A stretch of 53,946 nt of DNA, counting the filler, from Sluysia triapertura (Eukaryota), in assembly GCA_046118255.1 (NCBI GenBank). It is 4 parts of 4 records of this genome, joined end to end, with 100 filler letters (N's around TTAATTAATTAA, not from the genome) between each part and the next. Parts side by side here need not be neighbours in the genome. Positions count along the whole stretch, not along the records: positions 26,591 to 38,346 come from JBJNIA010172921.1; positions 38,447 to 53,946 come from JBJNIA010226572.1; 2 more parts are not named here. The stretch is one strand, 5' to 3'. Shown one piece after another: positions 26,591 to 39,363 of the stretch. Every line of letters starts with the position of its first letter. Position 1 is the first letter of the stretch. The position numbers and the translations under genes were made by a program. Below the pieces are notes generated by a model. It worked only from the letters and a program-made list of their open reading frames with translations. It had not been told where the DNA came from and searched no databases.

Positions 26591-27800
26591 TTAAGGTTTC
26601 AAACCCCTACATAGGTCTTTGGAACTCTAAGATATTCTTCAACTGTTAAGATTATTATAAATGTTTTTTCTTTTTTCATGATTCTTATTTCAACGATGTT
26701 TATAATACTTTCTCTGTTACTTATCAATTCTTCCTTCATTTGTAATTCTATGTTTTTTACTCGTCTCTTAATCCAAAGTTGTGCAATCCCAACAAAAACA
26801 CAAAATCTGATTAATGATCAACTATTACTTTCTTCTACTTAAGTTACTTCCCATATTAAAATAACAGTCAACAGTATTGTTAACATACATAATAATGAAT
26901 TTAATTTTAGTTTTTAGAATTTAATTGATTTTCTATTTTTCACTCCTAATTTTCTAATGTAAAATGTTTGGGGCTCTCTTTTTCAAGCAAACTACTCTGC
27001 AAACATTTCAACATTTCAACTGGATTCTCTTTTTTCGTAGCAATCATCTCACATTCAATTTATTATTTTGTCATTATTCTAAGTATGAAAAATTCAACAT
27101 TCCATGATCAAAAAGTAATTAAAATTTAACTTTTCTCAATATTAAGGCTTTCCTTGCATGAACTTGATCATACATTCATATTTTTGAAACAAATCATACA
27201 TGGTTTCAACCTTAACATAGCATTCAGCATTCAAACTTTCTTAATTAAGTGAATTACGGTTTTAATTAATCTTAATCTTATTTTTATATTTAAACGTTTT
27301 ATTAAAATTCTAATATTGTTTAATACTTTAATACAAGGCACTCAGGGGCTCTAGATATTTTCACTTTATCTCTCTGGTTCCTTTGTTTACTTCTTTATGT
27401 TGATTACTACGATATCAAACTTACCAAAAATGATCTTATTTTTCCAATATTCTAAAGATTTCAGGTACTTATAAGATTACTCAAAGGTCTTAAATGATTA
27501 TCAGAGATTCTCAAAGGTTAATAAGGTTTCAGATGATCTCAAGATTCACTTCTAAAGGTTTTCTAAACCAAACTTGAACTCCACAAAGTCTCAATACCCT
27601 ATATAGGTCTTTGAAAGCCCAAGGTATTATTCAGCTCTCAACATTTCTATAGATATTTTCATCGTCATGATTCTTACTCTAATAGTATTTATAATGTTCA
27701 ATCTTACCACTTTGTATCAGTTTTTCATTCACTTTATAATTCTTACTCATCATCTAATCTACAATTTGGCAATCCCAAAATATATACCTAACAATATTAA
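26591..27800 (-). repeat. Long repeat family, copy A (about 1.2 tandem units, inverted relative to B and C)
   Basis: AAAATTCAACATTCCA and CTTTTCTCAATATTAAGG are reverse complements of blocks in 28265-29440; ATAGGTCTTTG...CATGATTCTTA occurs at both ~26620 and ~27605. Confidence 0.8.
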
Positions 27801-28264
27801 CTTCAGGTTTAAAATGAATTCGAAACCATTTGAGTTTAAATTTGTATTTTAATAAATTTTTAGATTTTATAGAGTTTACAGATAATCTTGTAATGTAATA
27901 CATTTATTGTATATCATAGTACTTGTAAAAAATTTAACAGTATTTACAATAAGAATATATTTAATAAATTGCATATTGAATTCAACTAACAATAGTACTT
28001 AAAACATAAGCATATAGAAATGAATTGACCAAGTAATCGAAATTAATTATAAATATTTAATATGAAACAAATCTTTCTTTATAACCATTTTTAGAGGCTT
28101 AAACTAGTGATCAAGTGTTAGCACAATGAAGTGGAAGTTTCTCTAGTAAATCTAGATTAAGTATTTTAAATTATGTGGTTTTGAAAAAGTCAAAAATAAA
28201 ATATTAAATTTGAAACGTTTTTCATTGTGCCTTGGAATAAATGCTTAAGCAAAAGTTCAAAGAA

Positions 28265-30130
28265 AATTGTTGGGATTGTCCAACTATGGACCAGAAGACG
28301 AGTGAAAACAAACAAGATCACAAAATAGAGAAAAATGATACAAGGTAATGGTTGGAACATTATGAATACTGTTGGAATAAGTATAATAAAAATGAAAATA
28401 TCTATAGCAAAGTTGAAATCTGAGGAGTACTTTAGAGGAATTCCTTGAGGAATACCTTAGATTTCCAAATACCATATAAGGTGTTGTGACCTTGGGGAAG
28501 CCGAAACGGACTAGAAAAGCCATTGAAGGCGTTAGAGTACCTTTGAGCTTGTTAACATTAAGATCAGCTGAGACTTTATTAATCTTTAAGTATTTTTGAA
28601 ACCTTGATATGATCTTCGAGTAATATTATAAAGTGCTTAAAATTTTTAAAATGTTTGAGAAATAAAGTCATTGTTCAAAATAATGAAGATAAGTTTAATA
28701 TGGTAATAATTAACATAAAGAATTAGAAAAAGGAATAAGAAATGCGAAGGTGAAAACACTTAGAGCCTCCTGAATGTTTTATAAACTACTACATAGTTTT
28801 AGAACCTTAATAAAACCTTTAAACATAAAATAAGATTAAGTCTAAAAATGATTAATTTAATTAAAATTGTAATTAACTTAATTAAGAAAAAGTACGTTTT
28901 TGTGAATAACTTTTGAATGCGAAATGCTATGTTAAATTTGAAAATGTTTGTCTATTTACTTAGAAAAGACCTTTCGACGAAGGTATGGTTTTACCGACTT
29001 CATACAAGGAAATCCTTAATATTGAGAAAAGTCAAATTTTAATTAATTTTTAATTATGGAATGTTGAATTTTTATACTTAGAGTGATGCAAATGTAATGA
29101 ATGAATATGAGATGATTGCTATGAAAGAGGAGAATCTATAACTGAGTTTAAAATGTTTGTAGAATGGTTTGTTTGAGAATAAGAAGCTTAACTCATTTTT
29201 TTAGAAAATTGGATGTGAAAAATCAAAAATCAATTAAATCCTATAAAGTGAAATTAAATTCATTACTTTTATGTATGTTAATAATATTTTTGATTGTTAT
29301 TTTAATTTGAGAAGTAATTTAAGTAAAAATAGATTGAGTAAAAAATGATGGTTGATAATAAATCAAATTTTTGTGTTTTGTACCTAATGAAGTTTGACAG
29401 AATGTACCATATAATTGTCAAAGTTGTCGGTCTAATTCTCTAAGAAGTTTTGATGATTTGTGTGAGAAAGTGTTTGATTGTGAAACTTAGGATTGATTGG
29501 ATGTTGAAAGAATATAAAATGAAAACTTAAAAATTTTAACACACAAAAAAACACAAGTGCGCAATTAAGTTATATAAGAATTATATATTTTATTTTTGAT
29601 TTCATTATTTTAATAAAGTTATTTTTATTATTATTATTATTATTATTATTTTATTTTATTATTTTTGGGGGAAAATTCATAAAGGTTTAGCTTTGTGGGA
29701 GACACCCTACTCAATTTATGTTAAGAAATTTTAAATATTCTATTTTTTAATTCAGATATTACTGTTAAATTTTAGGGAGGATCCCTGCCCAAATTGTTTT
29801 ATAATATTTAATCTTCATTAAGTTAGGTTAAAAATTACCTTTAAATATTTAAGTATTATAACCATTTGAAATTTTCTAGATATTGATATTTTTATTGTTT
29901 GTTGCGTCACCTCTAGTTTTCTTTTTTTAGATATATTGTTGTGTCCTTCATATTATTATAACAATTATTGTTAATCATGTAATTTCAGTCATTTGTATTA
30001 TTGTTCAACGTAAACTTATAATAGCAATTTGTATTTTGATTTTTGTATTCATTAGATTATTGAGCTTTTACTAATATGATTTAAGAACTTAATCTTTGGA
30101 TTGAATAACTATTACCATCAAAATAAGAAA
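28265..30130 (+). repeat. Long repeat family, copy B
   Basis: Shares GAAGGTATGGTTTTACC, GAATGTTGAATTTT, GAGAAGTAATTTAAGTAAAAATA, TGTACCTAAT.AAGTTTGACA and GTTGCGTCACC with copy C. Confidence 0.85.
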
Positions 30131-30560
30131 ATTTCTGATAATTTTGTATTGAATTAAGTGATTAACGAAATTAATGAGATTTTATTAAGTAAATTATCCG
30201 ATATTGATTTGTTATTATTATTAAGCATAAAGACGCAACAAAATATTATTCTTTTAAATATTTGCGCTTCATTTCTTATAAGTAGGTGGATGAGCAGTAA
30301 ATATTTCATAAGGAAAATAAATAATCCAATTAGAATTTTTATTTATTGATAAAACAAATCCTATTTATTACTAAAATTAATAAAATATACATCCAATATA
30401 CAAAAAAAGTAATAATAATAAATAAATAAATGACCACGGGAATGAGTAACATTTTAAAATTTCTCATTGACGACAGACGTAGTTAAGGAGTTAAAAATAA
30501 TTTAATTTTTATATTTAATTTATTTCATTATTATTTATAAATATACATTTTAAATTTTAG

Positions 30561-31349
30561 AATTTTAAAGAACATTATGCACAAAATTGAATTAATGCTA
30601 CTGATTCATATAAACGTTATAGTTGACTCTAAATTTGATTTGCTGTTTAACACTAACAATACCAGAGTTTTGTGTAAAAAGTTACAAGATATCTGCATTA
30701 CTATGGATTATAGGAAACAAAGCATTTGTAATGATTTACGACCTAAAATAGATTCTATGGTACGCAATTTAACCAGTTACCTTAAAAGTTCAGATGTTGA
30801 AGAAAAAATGTTGAAAATACAGAGACCGACATATGATGATAATCCGAATGTAGAATTATTATCGTTAATGTTGAAAAAATTTTTAGCCAATGAAATTAAC
30901 AAAGAAATTATTGAATGGGACAAAAAAAATAATGAAATTAATAGATTGTGTCATTTTTTGATTGGATTATTTAAGAAACATTTAGATGAAATTCAAGAAG
31001 AAATATCTATACCAAATGATTTGATAAATGAAGAAACATTAATGTTGGCTTGGAATGAAAATGTGCAACGAGAAGCTGGAAATAGTGAAAATTATATTAT
31101 ATCAAAAGTTGAAAAAGTATTTATAGTAGGAACAATGACTCTTTTATTTCCAGTGGTAGCATTTGCAAGTTTGTTGGCAGCACCACTGATAATTTCTAAT
31201 ATATATAACGAAACAAAAATATTTCACATTCAAAATGAAGAATTTGCGAAAGATTCCAAACTATTTTTTGACAATATTATCAAAGATACATTGAAAGAAT
31301 TAAGTGAAGAAGATATTAAAGAAAATTTCTTTAGACACATTTATAAAAA
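30561..31349 (+). CDS. Exon of a dynamin-like (DSTYK-like / bacterial dynamin-like) protein, helical stalk plus hydrophobic hairpin
   Basis: tttag| acceptor and |gtaagt donor; over 260 open codons; LTSYLKS, IIEWD and EKVFIVGTMTLLFPVVAFASLLAAPLII resemble the post-GTPase region of invertebrate DSTYK-like proteins as I recall it. The exon is solid; the family call is tentative. Confidence 0.6.
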
Positions 31350-31397
31350 GTAAGTTTAATGTTTTAATGTATCTTTAAAAATAAAATTGTTTTTCAG

Positions 31398-31552
31398 TTG
31401 TGAAGATCGAGTAAAATCTTTTGATATATTTATTCGTGAAGAATTGAATCTTAAAAAGAAAAGTCTTGATAATACAATTACTGAACAAAAGCAATTACCT
31501 GAAAAACTGAAAGTATTGAATCAATATTTAAATGATTTCGAGAGTATTCATG
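31398..31552 (+). CDS. Next exon of the same gene (coiled coil)
   Basis: 48-nt intron gtaagt...ttttcag; frame continues NCEDRVKSFDIFIREELNLKKKSLD...ESIH; donor gttagt at 31553. Confidence 0.7.
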
Positions 31553-31615
31553 GTTAGTTTAATAAATTAAAAATATGGTGAACAAAAAACTAGAAATAAA
31601 TAGAAATATTTTTAG

Positions 31616-31677
31616 TAATCTTGTTGAAATACTATTTTGATATACGAATTCAGTATCTTTTGAAGAGAGATTATTAA
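31616..31677 (+). CDS. Probable terminal exon of the same gene
   Basis: 63-nt intron ending tttttag; frame gives VILLKYYFDIRIQYLLKRDY*. Confidence 0.45.
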
Positions 31678-31689
31678 TTATTAAATATT

Positions 31690-33200
31690 ATTGTTTGGAT
31701 CACTCAACTGTTGAGTATGAAGATGCAGGAAGAATTGTTAGAGTAATTTTGACAATTGAAGAATACCTTGGACTTCCAAAGACCCTTGAGATTAGCTTGA
31801 AAAAATGTTTCGAAGCAATAAAGTACCCTTAAACTGGTGAACCTTGAAACCATTTAATATCTCATCAACCCTTAAGAATCTTTGAGTAACCTTGTAGAGT
31901 TTTTAAAATATTTATGAAATAAAGTTATTGTTAACAATATTAAAGATAAATTTGTTACATTAATAGTTAGAATAGATAAGTATAAAAGGAACAAAAACTT
32001 TAGAACCTTAATATAGCCTTTAAACATAAAATAAGATCAAGTCTAAAATAGGTTAATTAATTAAAACTTTAATTAACTTAATAAAAATTAGGTTTTATAA
32101 AAACGCTTGAACGAGGAATGTCATATCTAAGTTGAAACTCTGCATGTATTTGTTTTAATAAGATATTTGAATGAAGGTATGGTTTTACCAAGTTCATGCA
32201 AGGAAAGCCTTCATAATGAATAAAGTCAAATTAATTAATTCTCAATTATAGAATGTTGAATTTTCATATTTTGAGTGATGAAAAGATAATGAATTGAATA
32301 TGTGGTTATGGTATGAAAGATAAGAATCTAGAAATTAATCTGAAATGTTTATAGAATGATATCTTTGAGAATAAGAACCTTAGACCTTTTCAATTAGAAA
32401 ATTCGATGTGAAAAATAAACATTAATTGAATTCTAAAAACTAAAATTAAATTCATTATTTTTATGTGTGCTGACAATGTTAATGATTGTTATTTAAATGT
32501 GAGAAGTAATTTAAGTAAAAATAAATCGAAGAAAATAATGGCTAATCATTAATAAGTATTTTGTAATCTGTACCTAATAAAGTTTGACAAAACATAATAC
32601 GTAATTGTCAAAGCGATTATTGTCGGTCTAAACTTTTTATTATAAAACTCAAGGGTGATTGGAAAGCTTAAGAGGGAATAGTTCTAAAAAAATTTTTTAG
32701 AGATAAAATTGTAAATATTGTAATGTCTGGATAATATTGTGAGTTTTTATTATTATTTTATTGATTTATTTTTCAAATAATATTTTCCTTAATATATTTT
32801 AGGTATTTTGGGGAAAATCCACATTCAATCAATTTTTAAAATAATATTTTGCTGTAAATATTTTATTGAAAGTAGCTAAATATTTTGAGAAAAATCCCTT
32901 TTAAGTTTTATTTTAATTGAATTGAATTTTTATTAAATTTAGGTAAACCCCTTTTTAATTTTTTATATGGCATTTATTTCTAAATTTTTAGTTGCGTCAC
33001 CCTTGGTTTATCGTGCTGTCAGTATTATACAAAAGTTGATTGTTAATTATTTAATATTGATTTATATCATTATCAGTGTGTAGTGGTTTTATTTATTTTG
33101 AATATTGGACTTTTATTAGCGATAAAACTAATAATTGTGAGATTAGTTAGATTCATTTGTCGTAATTGTTTGATTACGATATTTGCATCACATCAAATAT
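31690..33200 (+). repeat. Long repeat family, copy C
   Basis: Direct, diverged copy of 28265-30130; boundaries are approximate. Confidence 0.8.
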
Positions 33201-33599
33201 TACTTAGGTTGAGTTTTTCAATTTAAAGTTAATGCAACAATAAAATAAATTAAAGTGAATATTATAATTTAAATTCAACTGCGAAATATAATATTCATGA
33301 AGAAAACCCTAAGCCTAACACATTTATTAAAAATCAACAACACAAGAACTCACACTTAAACATATTTTCACAATAATAATTGTAATGGTTACTTTACTTA
33401 ACCTAACATTTACACACATCTACATTCTAAAATTTAACATTGTTATTAAAATTATTCTTATCTTATTGTATTACTCTATTATTGATATTTTTTCATTCCT
33501 TTTTCTCCTGTTGTTATTTTGTTACACTCTTGCTTCTCCATTATTTTATTCTTATTCCTTTTGTTGAGTCCCACTTGTAGCATCACTCAATTTCTAAGA

Positions 33600-34830
33600 G
33601 ATGATCAGTTATCGAATGATTTATATTTCTGAAGTAATGACAATACTTTATTAATAATTCGTTTTGAAATCAAATTAGAACTGATTTAAACCGTTTAGTA
33701 AATCTTAATTTTAGGTCTTCTGAATATTTATCAATTTTTATTGACTTCAAAGTTCGACAAACGGAATCATTTCAGAAATTAAAAGTCCTAGCTCCTACTG
33801 TACTTATTGTTGACGAAAGAAATGACGATGTACGTAACAGCAGTTGTAGAAGATGAAGCATTCAAGATTCATGCCTGACAAAAATTTATTTCGATATTTC
33901 AGTTAGAAAGGCATTTATAAAGTTGAAATATTTAAAAGGCAACATCAGTCATAGTAATGAAGAAATTAAATATCTGTCACTTAGAAACACAGCTTAATCA
34001 AATAATGTAAAATCTAGGTTATTCTGAATTAGATTTTTGTCATCTTATTCTGCCTATGTTGTATATTAAGAGAATTTTAATGGAAAATCCGAATTCATAT
34101 CTTAATGTTTCATTATATCCTGTCAATCATCAATTGACTGAGAAAAATATTCAGATATAGAACGAAAATGTCATATTTTTTAACTGAAAGTATGATATAT
34201 TTAATAGATTACAATACAGACCTATCAAATTTACGAAAGTTATACATATTCCCAATACAATGTGTAGTGACGATTTATTAATAATTCTGTCTGCTTATCA
34301 TGTAAAAGTGAACCGGAATCAATTATTCATTATTATAAATTCCGATGTTAAAGTCGAGTAATCTTAAATTACCTGATCGTGGTTCTAGAAATAATCCGTC
34401 TTCTTTAAAAAAGCCACTCGGTGTTCTGATACAAGAGAATAATGTCACTCACTTGTATTATAGACAATAATTTTCTGAAGAATTTAAAGATAAAACTTAG
34501 ATGTATTGTTAAATATTGTTTATCAATCGGATGAGAAATTTTGAAATATATACGCACTTTCTGGATAAAAATGATATTATAGATTTAAATGTTAAACGTG
34601 CATTAAAACAAATTGGTGTTTTAGAACCTTTCGATTAGATAGATGGTTTTGACGATCATTTATTTATTGTGAGAAATAATATATTGTTTTGTTCGAAATT
34701 TCGGAATTATGAACTTTATCCTTAATATTGCCAGTATGAATTTTCAGAAAAATCCCAAAAAGTACATTTAAATAAATTCGGAAAGATTTATGTTCTCGTA
34801 GGATCTTCTATATGGACATTAGATTTATTA
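33600..34830 (+). pseudogene. Decayed coding sequence; the 3' part is beta-propeller-like
   Basis: Fragments such as DDHLFIVRNNILFCSKF and SQKVHLNKFGKIYVLVGSSIWTLDL between many stops. Confidence 0.3.
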
Positions 34831-35058
34831 TTTTTATTACATATTACTTCATTATTATTTAACATTAATTAGTTACTTACAAAAGTAACTAAGTTATATT
34901 CATGATTAATAGTAATGTATTATAGTTGTTAATGTCATTGTTTTGTTATTATCATTATGATTAATATTATTATTTTATCATTACATTATTATTTAACAAT
35001 TAATAAAAAGTCAAAATTATTACTAACAGTGATAATGGCAAAATCTTGATCAATATTC

Positions 35059-36230
35059 ATGTTAAGTAAAGTGCCACCAAAACAAGCTGTCAAATCAATT
35101 GTTAAACCTATTAGAAAAACCAAAGTGGCTAAAAATAAATTTAAAGGTGTTGAAAACGAAGACGATAAATAGGATATCATTAAAGACTTTAAAAAGAAAA
35201 ATGGACTACCATTGCCAAAAAATATTAATCGAAGAACAATTAGTTAAATATCGAAAAGTGTTTCATATGGCAATGGGAGACGATAAGGTAAAATTACCCT
35301 TCAATCAGTTAATGAATTTGTTGAGATCCTTAAAGTTCATGCCATTTGATTTAGACGCAGAAATCAAATTTAAGAATTTCTTGACTAATTTTGATCAAAT
35401 TGAATTTTCTGTTATTTATATCGTTTTTCTTTGTATTTTTCTTTCGTCAGACCTCAAACCGGCTTAAATTCAGTTAAATTTTGTCTAATTAAAATGTTAG
35501 GTAAATTAGAATTCAAAAAAGTAAATTTGATTCAGAAAATCTTAGCAAAGGCACTGAAGGTTATTACGAATTGATCTTTTAAGTATTAGTAAACATTAAA
35601 ATTAAGTAACTGACAAAACAATGTTGAATCATTCAGATCTATAATTAATATCTTAATTGATGTTTCCAAAAGAACTTCTACTACAGATTTAACATAGCAC
35701 GTAGCATCATTGATATTCTCAGTTTGTTAAAATCTCAGAGTTCTAGAAATATAAATGATGGTGCTTGAACAAGTACTCGACATTAATATTCAACTGAGTA
35801 TGAAGGCGTATCACAAAATACTTATTGTTCCTCGTGGCCATCAAGATCTCAAATGGTTCGAAACATTCAGAGAGTATTTCACTGAACAGTTATGCCTTTT
35901 TTTGAAATTTAAAGATGCAGCTTTTAGTAATAATGAAATTTCATTATTGTTTTTAAAAAAACTGGCACTGAATATCTGACTATACGACAGCCCTTTTATG
36001 TAATAAAAAGAAATACTTACATCAAAATAATGCGCTCAATAAAAAAATTAAAGTTATATTCAATACTTTATTCAGTGTAGAAATATTAGAAAAATTCTCC
36101 AAAGATTGGAGGATAAATTAAAATCAGAAAAGCTGTCTATTAATGATAAAATTAATAATGAATTGCAAACCCGGGAATGTTTATAAGTAGACTATAATGT
36201 TATGATCAGAATTTGCTCACCGATGTTGCA
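35059..36230 (+). pseudogene. Decayed gene with a degenerate calmodulin/EF-hand-like N-lobe
   Basis: EEQLVKYRKVFHMAMGDDKVKLPFNQLMNLLRSLKFMP parallels calmodulin [38 protein letters not shown]; stops and frameshifts occur on both sides. Confidence 0.4.
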
Positions 36231-36677
36231 AGAGTCTATATTTTTAAACTTAAACTTCATTTTAAAGTTTTTATGCATTTTTAAAATAAAATTATAATAT
36301 AAAAATAACGAAAATTATTGTACTTACCATAAACTTAAAGAAATATCACTGAAACACCTTTAAACAAGATCAAAATAGAAAAAGGGAGAAAACATGAATC
36401 CTACCTAAATTAACACTCAAAAATGTTTATAGAGTAAACACAGTCGCTAAAAATGGAATATTACGAGCACAAATACTAACTAGCAAGACAGATTTAACTG
36501 AATAAAGTGCATAGTTATACACTTGAATTTTGGCATTTTGTTTGGAAGGAATTAAATTTCAATACGTGATTGTTGGTAGGAACAAAAAACATTATTGGAC
36601 TTGTTTCTGCATCTATGTTTTATATACCGAAAAAGCCCGGTATTATAAAGATTTGTGTGGTAGTGAATGATTTATAG

Positions 36678-36752
36678 TAAAATGAACTGGCCGGAATTCG
36701 AACCCGAACCCTCTTACCTCACAGTTGTGCAGTTAGATGCTCTGACCACTAA
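36678..36752 (-). mobile_element. tRNA-derived SINE head
   Basis: Reverse complement AGTGGTCAGAGCA...GGTTCGAATTCCGGCCAGTTCATTTTA: A box, B box and a similar tail start to the other copies. Confidence 0.7.
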
Positions 36753-37449
36753 CAATTTTGTTTTATTATAGTCACTTATACTATCATTATTCTTTAGTAC
36801 CACAAAGTATAATATGAAATTTTGAGCAATTTTTATGAAGAATTGAGTAACTATAAGTGAATTAAAATCAATAATCGGACATAATATACAAAACTTATAG
36901 GATGGAAATTCGTAAAAAATATTATGAAAAATAGTTAATGAAGTTTTAGCATTGACTAAAGAATTAAATTTAAAATATAAGGCGTTTAAAAGTACTTTAA
37001 ATATTCGTCTAATAACTAAGAACTACCTTATAGTCCTTTGCTTCTGTATCTTTTTTAGTTTTTCCGTTATCAACTAAGCCTGTAAGCTCCCACGTTTCTT
37101 TTTATCAAGCTAATAACATTTAAAGCACATTTATAAATCAATTAAAAAAATTGGGCTAAAAATAGCTTTAAAACTATTTTGATGAACCTCAACACTTTTA
37201 TAGACTAAAACATTTAGTCTCGTGAAAAAATTGCATTATTCAAATACTTAATCGTTACATACTTTTGAGTTCTATGAGAATTTTGAAAAATTCTTACCCC
37301 ATTTAACAACTACATTTAATAAAGTTATCACTAATGGTACATGAACAGTTAATAATACAAACATTTTATTTTCTCTATTAAATACTTTAGACAAAGAACA
37401 CATTTCAACATTAAAATGTTTAGTACTCTAGATATTTTAATGTTATCAA

Positions 37450-38100
37450 AAGTTTATTTTATCATCCACATGCACATTTATGTAATAAATATCATTGGTA
37501 TTTCCTTATATACACCTTGCAATTACTTTAGCACCAAGTCTGGATGGGCCGCATCAACAGCATTATCGATGTTAATTTTGAATTTTTCGAATGTGTATCT
37601 CCATAAACTTGTAACCACCGGAAATTCGTCACTTGCAGCTTCTCAGACTTAATATTGATGTTGTAGATATAATGATTGAATATCGGCAATTTTCTAATAT
37701 CTTTGAACACTTTCAGAAACGTGACATCACTTTTTTACCAAACATCTTTAACTTTATATCGGCTTGATCATTTATTTCTAATTTATTATCTCATCTAACA
37801 ATTTCAATATATTTTGAAAATAAAACCTTTAAGGATTCCTAACAATTTTCAAAATGTTCATTCTTAAAACTTTCTAAAACATTTGGCATCTTTTAACCAA
37901 TGACTTAATTTTAACCTTTCAGATTTAGAGATTTATCAATAAAATAAGCATCAAGTGATAACAAATTAGTGTCTTTAATTGTGAGTAATAGTTTTCCTAA
38001 ATAAATCTTCAGCGATGAATTTTATCAAGAATTTTTCCAAGACATTCTAATGGATGTTATTCAAATTAATGATTTTTTCATTTAGTATATTGACATTAAA
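37450..38100 (-). pseudogene. Decayed coding-like segment, unidentified
   Basis: Fragments DEFPVVTSLWRYTFEKFKINIDNAVDAAHPDLVLK and IYLGKLLLTIKDTNLLSLDAYF separated by stops. Confidence 0.3.
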
Positions 38101-38270
38101 ATTTTCCTTCATGTTAAAACAAAGTAGATATAATTTTTTAACTATAACTATTATAAAAATATAACAATTAAATATAAAGATAAAAAATAGAAAAATATTA
38201 ATTAAAAAAGACAAACGCTAAACTTCTGAAATATTTTGATATAAAGACTATATATTTAAACTTCGAAAGT

Positions 38271-38346
38271 GTTAGACTTCATAAAATGGACTGACCGGGG
38301 ATCGAACCCGGGACCATCGTCTGCGCAGTCCGACTGCTCTACCACT
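38271..38346 (-). mobile_element. tRNA-derived SINE (best-preserved copy, cut by the contig end)
   Basis: Reverse complement AGTGGTAGAGCAGTCGGACTGCGCAGACGATGGTCCCGGGTTCGATCCCCGGTCAGTCCA-TTTTATGAAGTCTAAC: canonical A and B boxes and T-arm, an imperfect anticodon arm, and a shared non-tRNA tail. Confidence 0.8.
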
Positions 38347-38446
38347 NNNNNNNNNNNNNNNNNNNNNNNNNNNNNNNNNNNNNNNNNNNNTTAATTAATT
38401 AANNNNNNNNNNNNNNNNNNNNNNNNNNNNNNNNNNNNNNNNNNNN
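38347..38446. other. Artificial contig spacer
   Basis: 44 N + TTAATTAATTAA + 44 N. Confidence 0.97.
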
Positions 38447-38499
38447 ACAATTTATTCAAATTATTATTTCAATGTTTCAAAAATTGATAAATATCTAAA

Positions 38500-38980
38500 T
38501 AGAGCGAATGATGCAGTGAAAACTTTTAATATTCAAGATCTCAATCCAGACAATATGTGCATGAAAGAATTGAATTTGATAACCGATTCTGATAATGCAC
38601 TCAATAAATTTGATATTGAAGATTATGTGCTTTCCGATCATGTTACGATTCGAACTTCTACGAATATAAATATTACTAATAGCTATGCGCAAACTGCTAA
38701 AGAAATAAATGATTCAAAATTTTCTATTATCGATGAGAATAAAAGATAATCCATCATCCTTTGCTTACAGTGGTGAATTTTATGTTTGTTTTGAAAAGTT
38801 TCCTAAATACGCGACAACCACATATTTAGTGCGTGAATTCGAGTTCCTCAATTTACTGTTCGTGATGTATGGACACCGTGGTCATTATACAGACAACCTT
38901 GTTTTATTACAATTAAAGTATCGTCAAGTTTCAACTTTGCTAAATATCTCAGTAAGCCTCATTTTTATCAATTATTTTTA
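38500..38980 (+). mobile_element. Degenerate LINE fragment (AP-endonuclease motifs with an internal deletion)
   Basis: LNPDNMCMKE..L...FDIEDY resembles the APE PDIxxxxET...IxxY region and is followed directly by SDHVTI (SDH motif). Confidence 0.45.
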
Positions 38981-39363
38981 GTTCTTAATAAAAATTTTAT
39001 ATTCGTCGTTTCGGTTGTACGATATTACAGTGTAAATAAATTGTTTTTGTCGTTATGTCGATTACTTATTTTATTTCGCAGTTCGCATGAAATATTATGT
39101 TGTAGAGTATGGCAGCAAAATTTGTTTTGGATATAACTTAAAGATTTATATTATACTGTGTACTAACATCTTAAGTCTGATTAAACGTATGTTTGAAAAA
39201 CCTAGATACAATACTCTATAATTACTAAGCTTTTTCTTTTTCTGTAACTATTTTTGTGGAAAATATAAGCATAAAAGATTCTTTATCATCTCAATCAAAT
39301 GTGTGTAGATATTGAAAATTGTACTATTTTTAGAATATGATTCAATAAAATTAGCAAACTAAC

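Noticed and set aside
34292-34350. LINE C-terminal zinc knuckle (CLSC...H....C)
   Set aside because: No reverse-transcriptase motifs lie upstream, and another frame explains the surrounding coding-like signal better.
38287-38346. Functional tRNA gene
   Set aside because: The anticodon arm pairs poorly and a non-tRNA tail is shared with dispersed decayed copies, which fits a SINE better.
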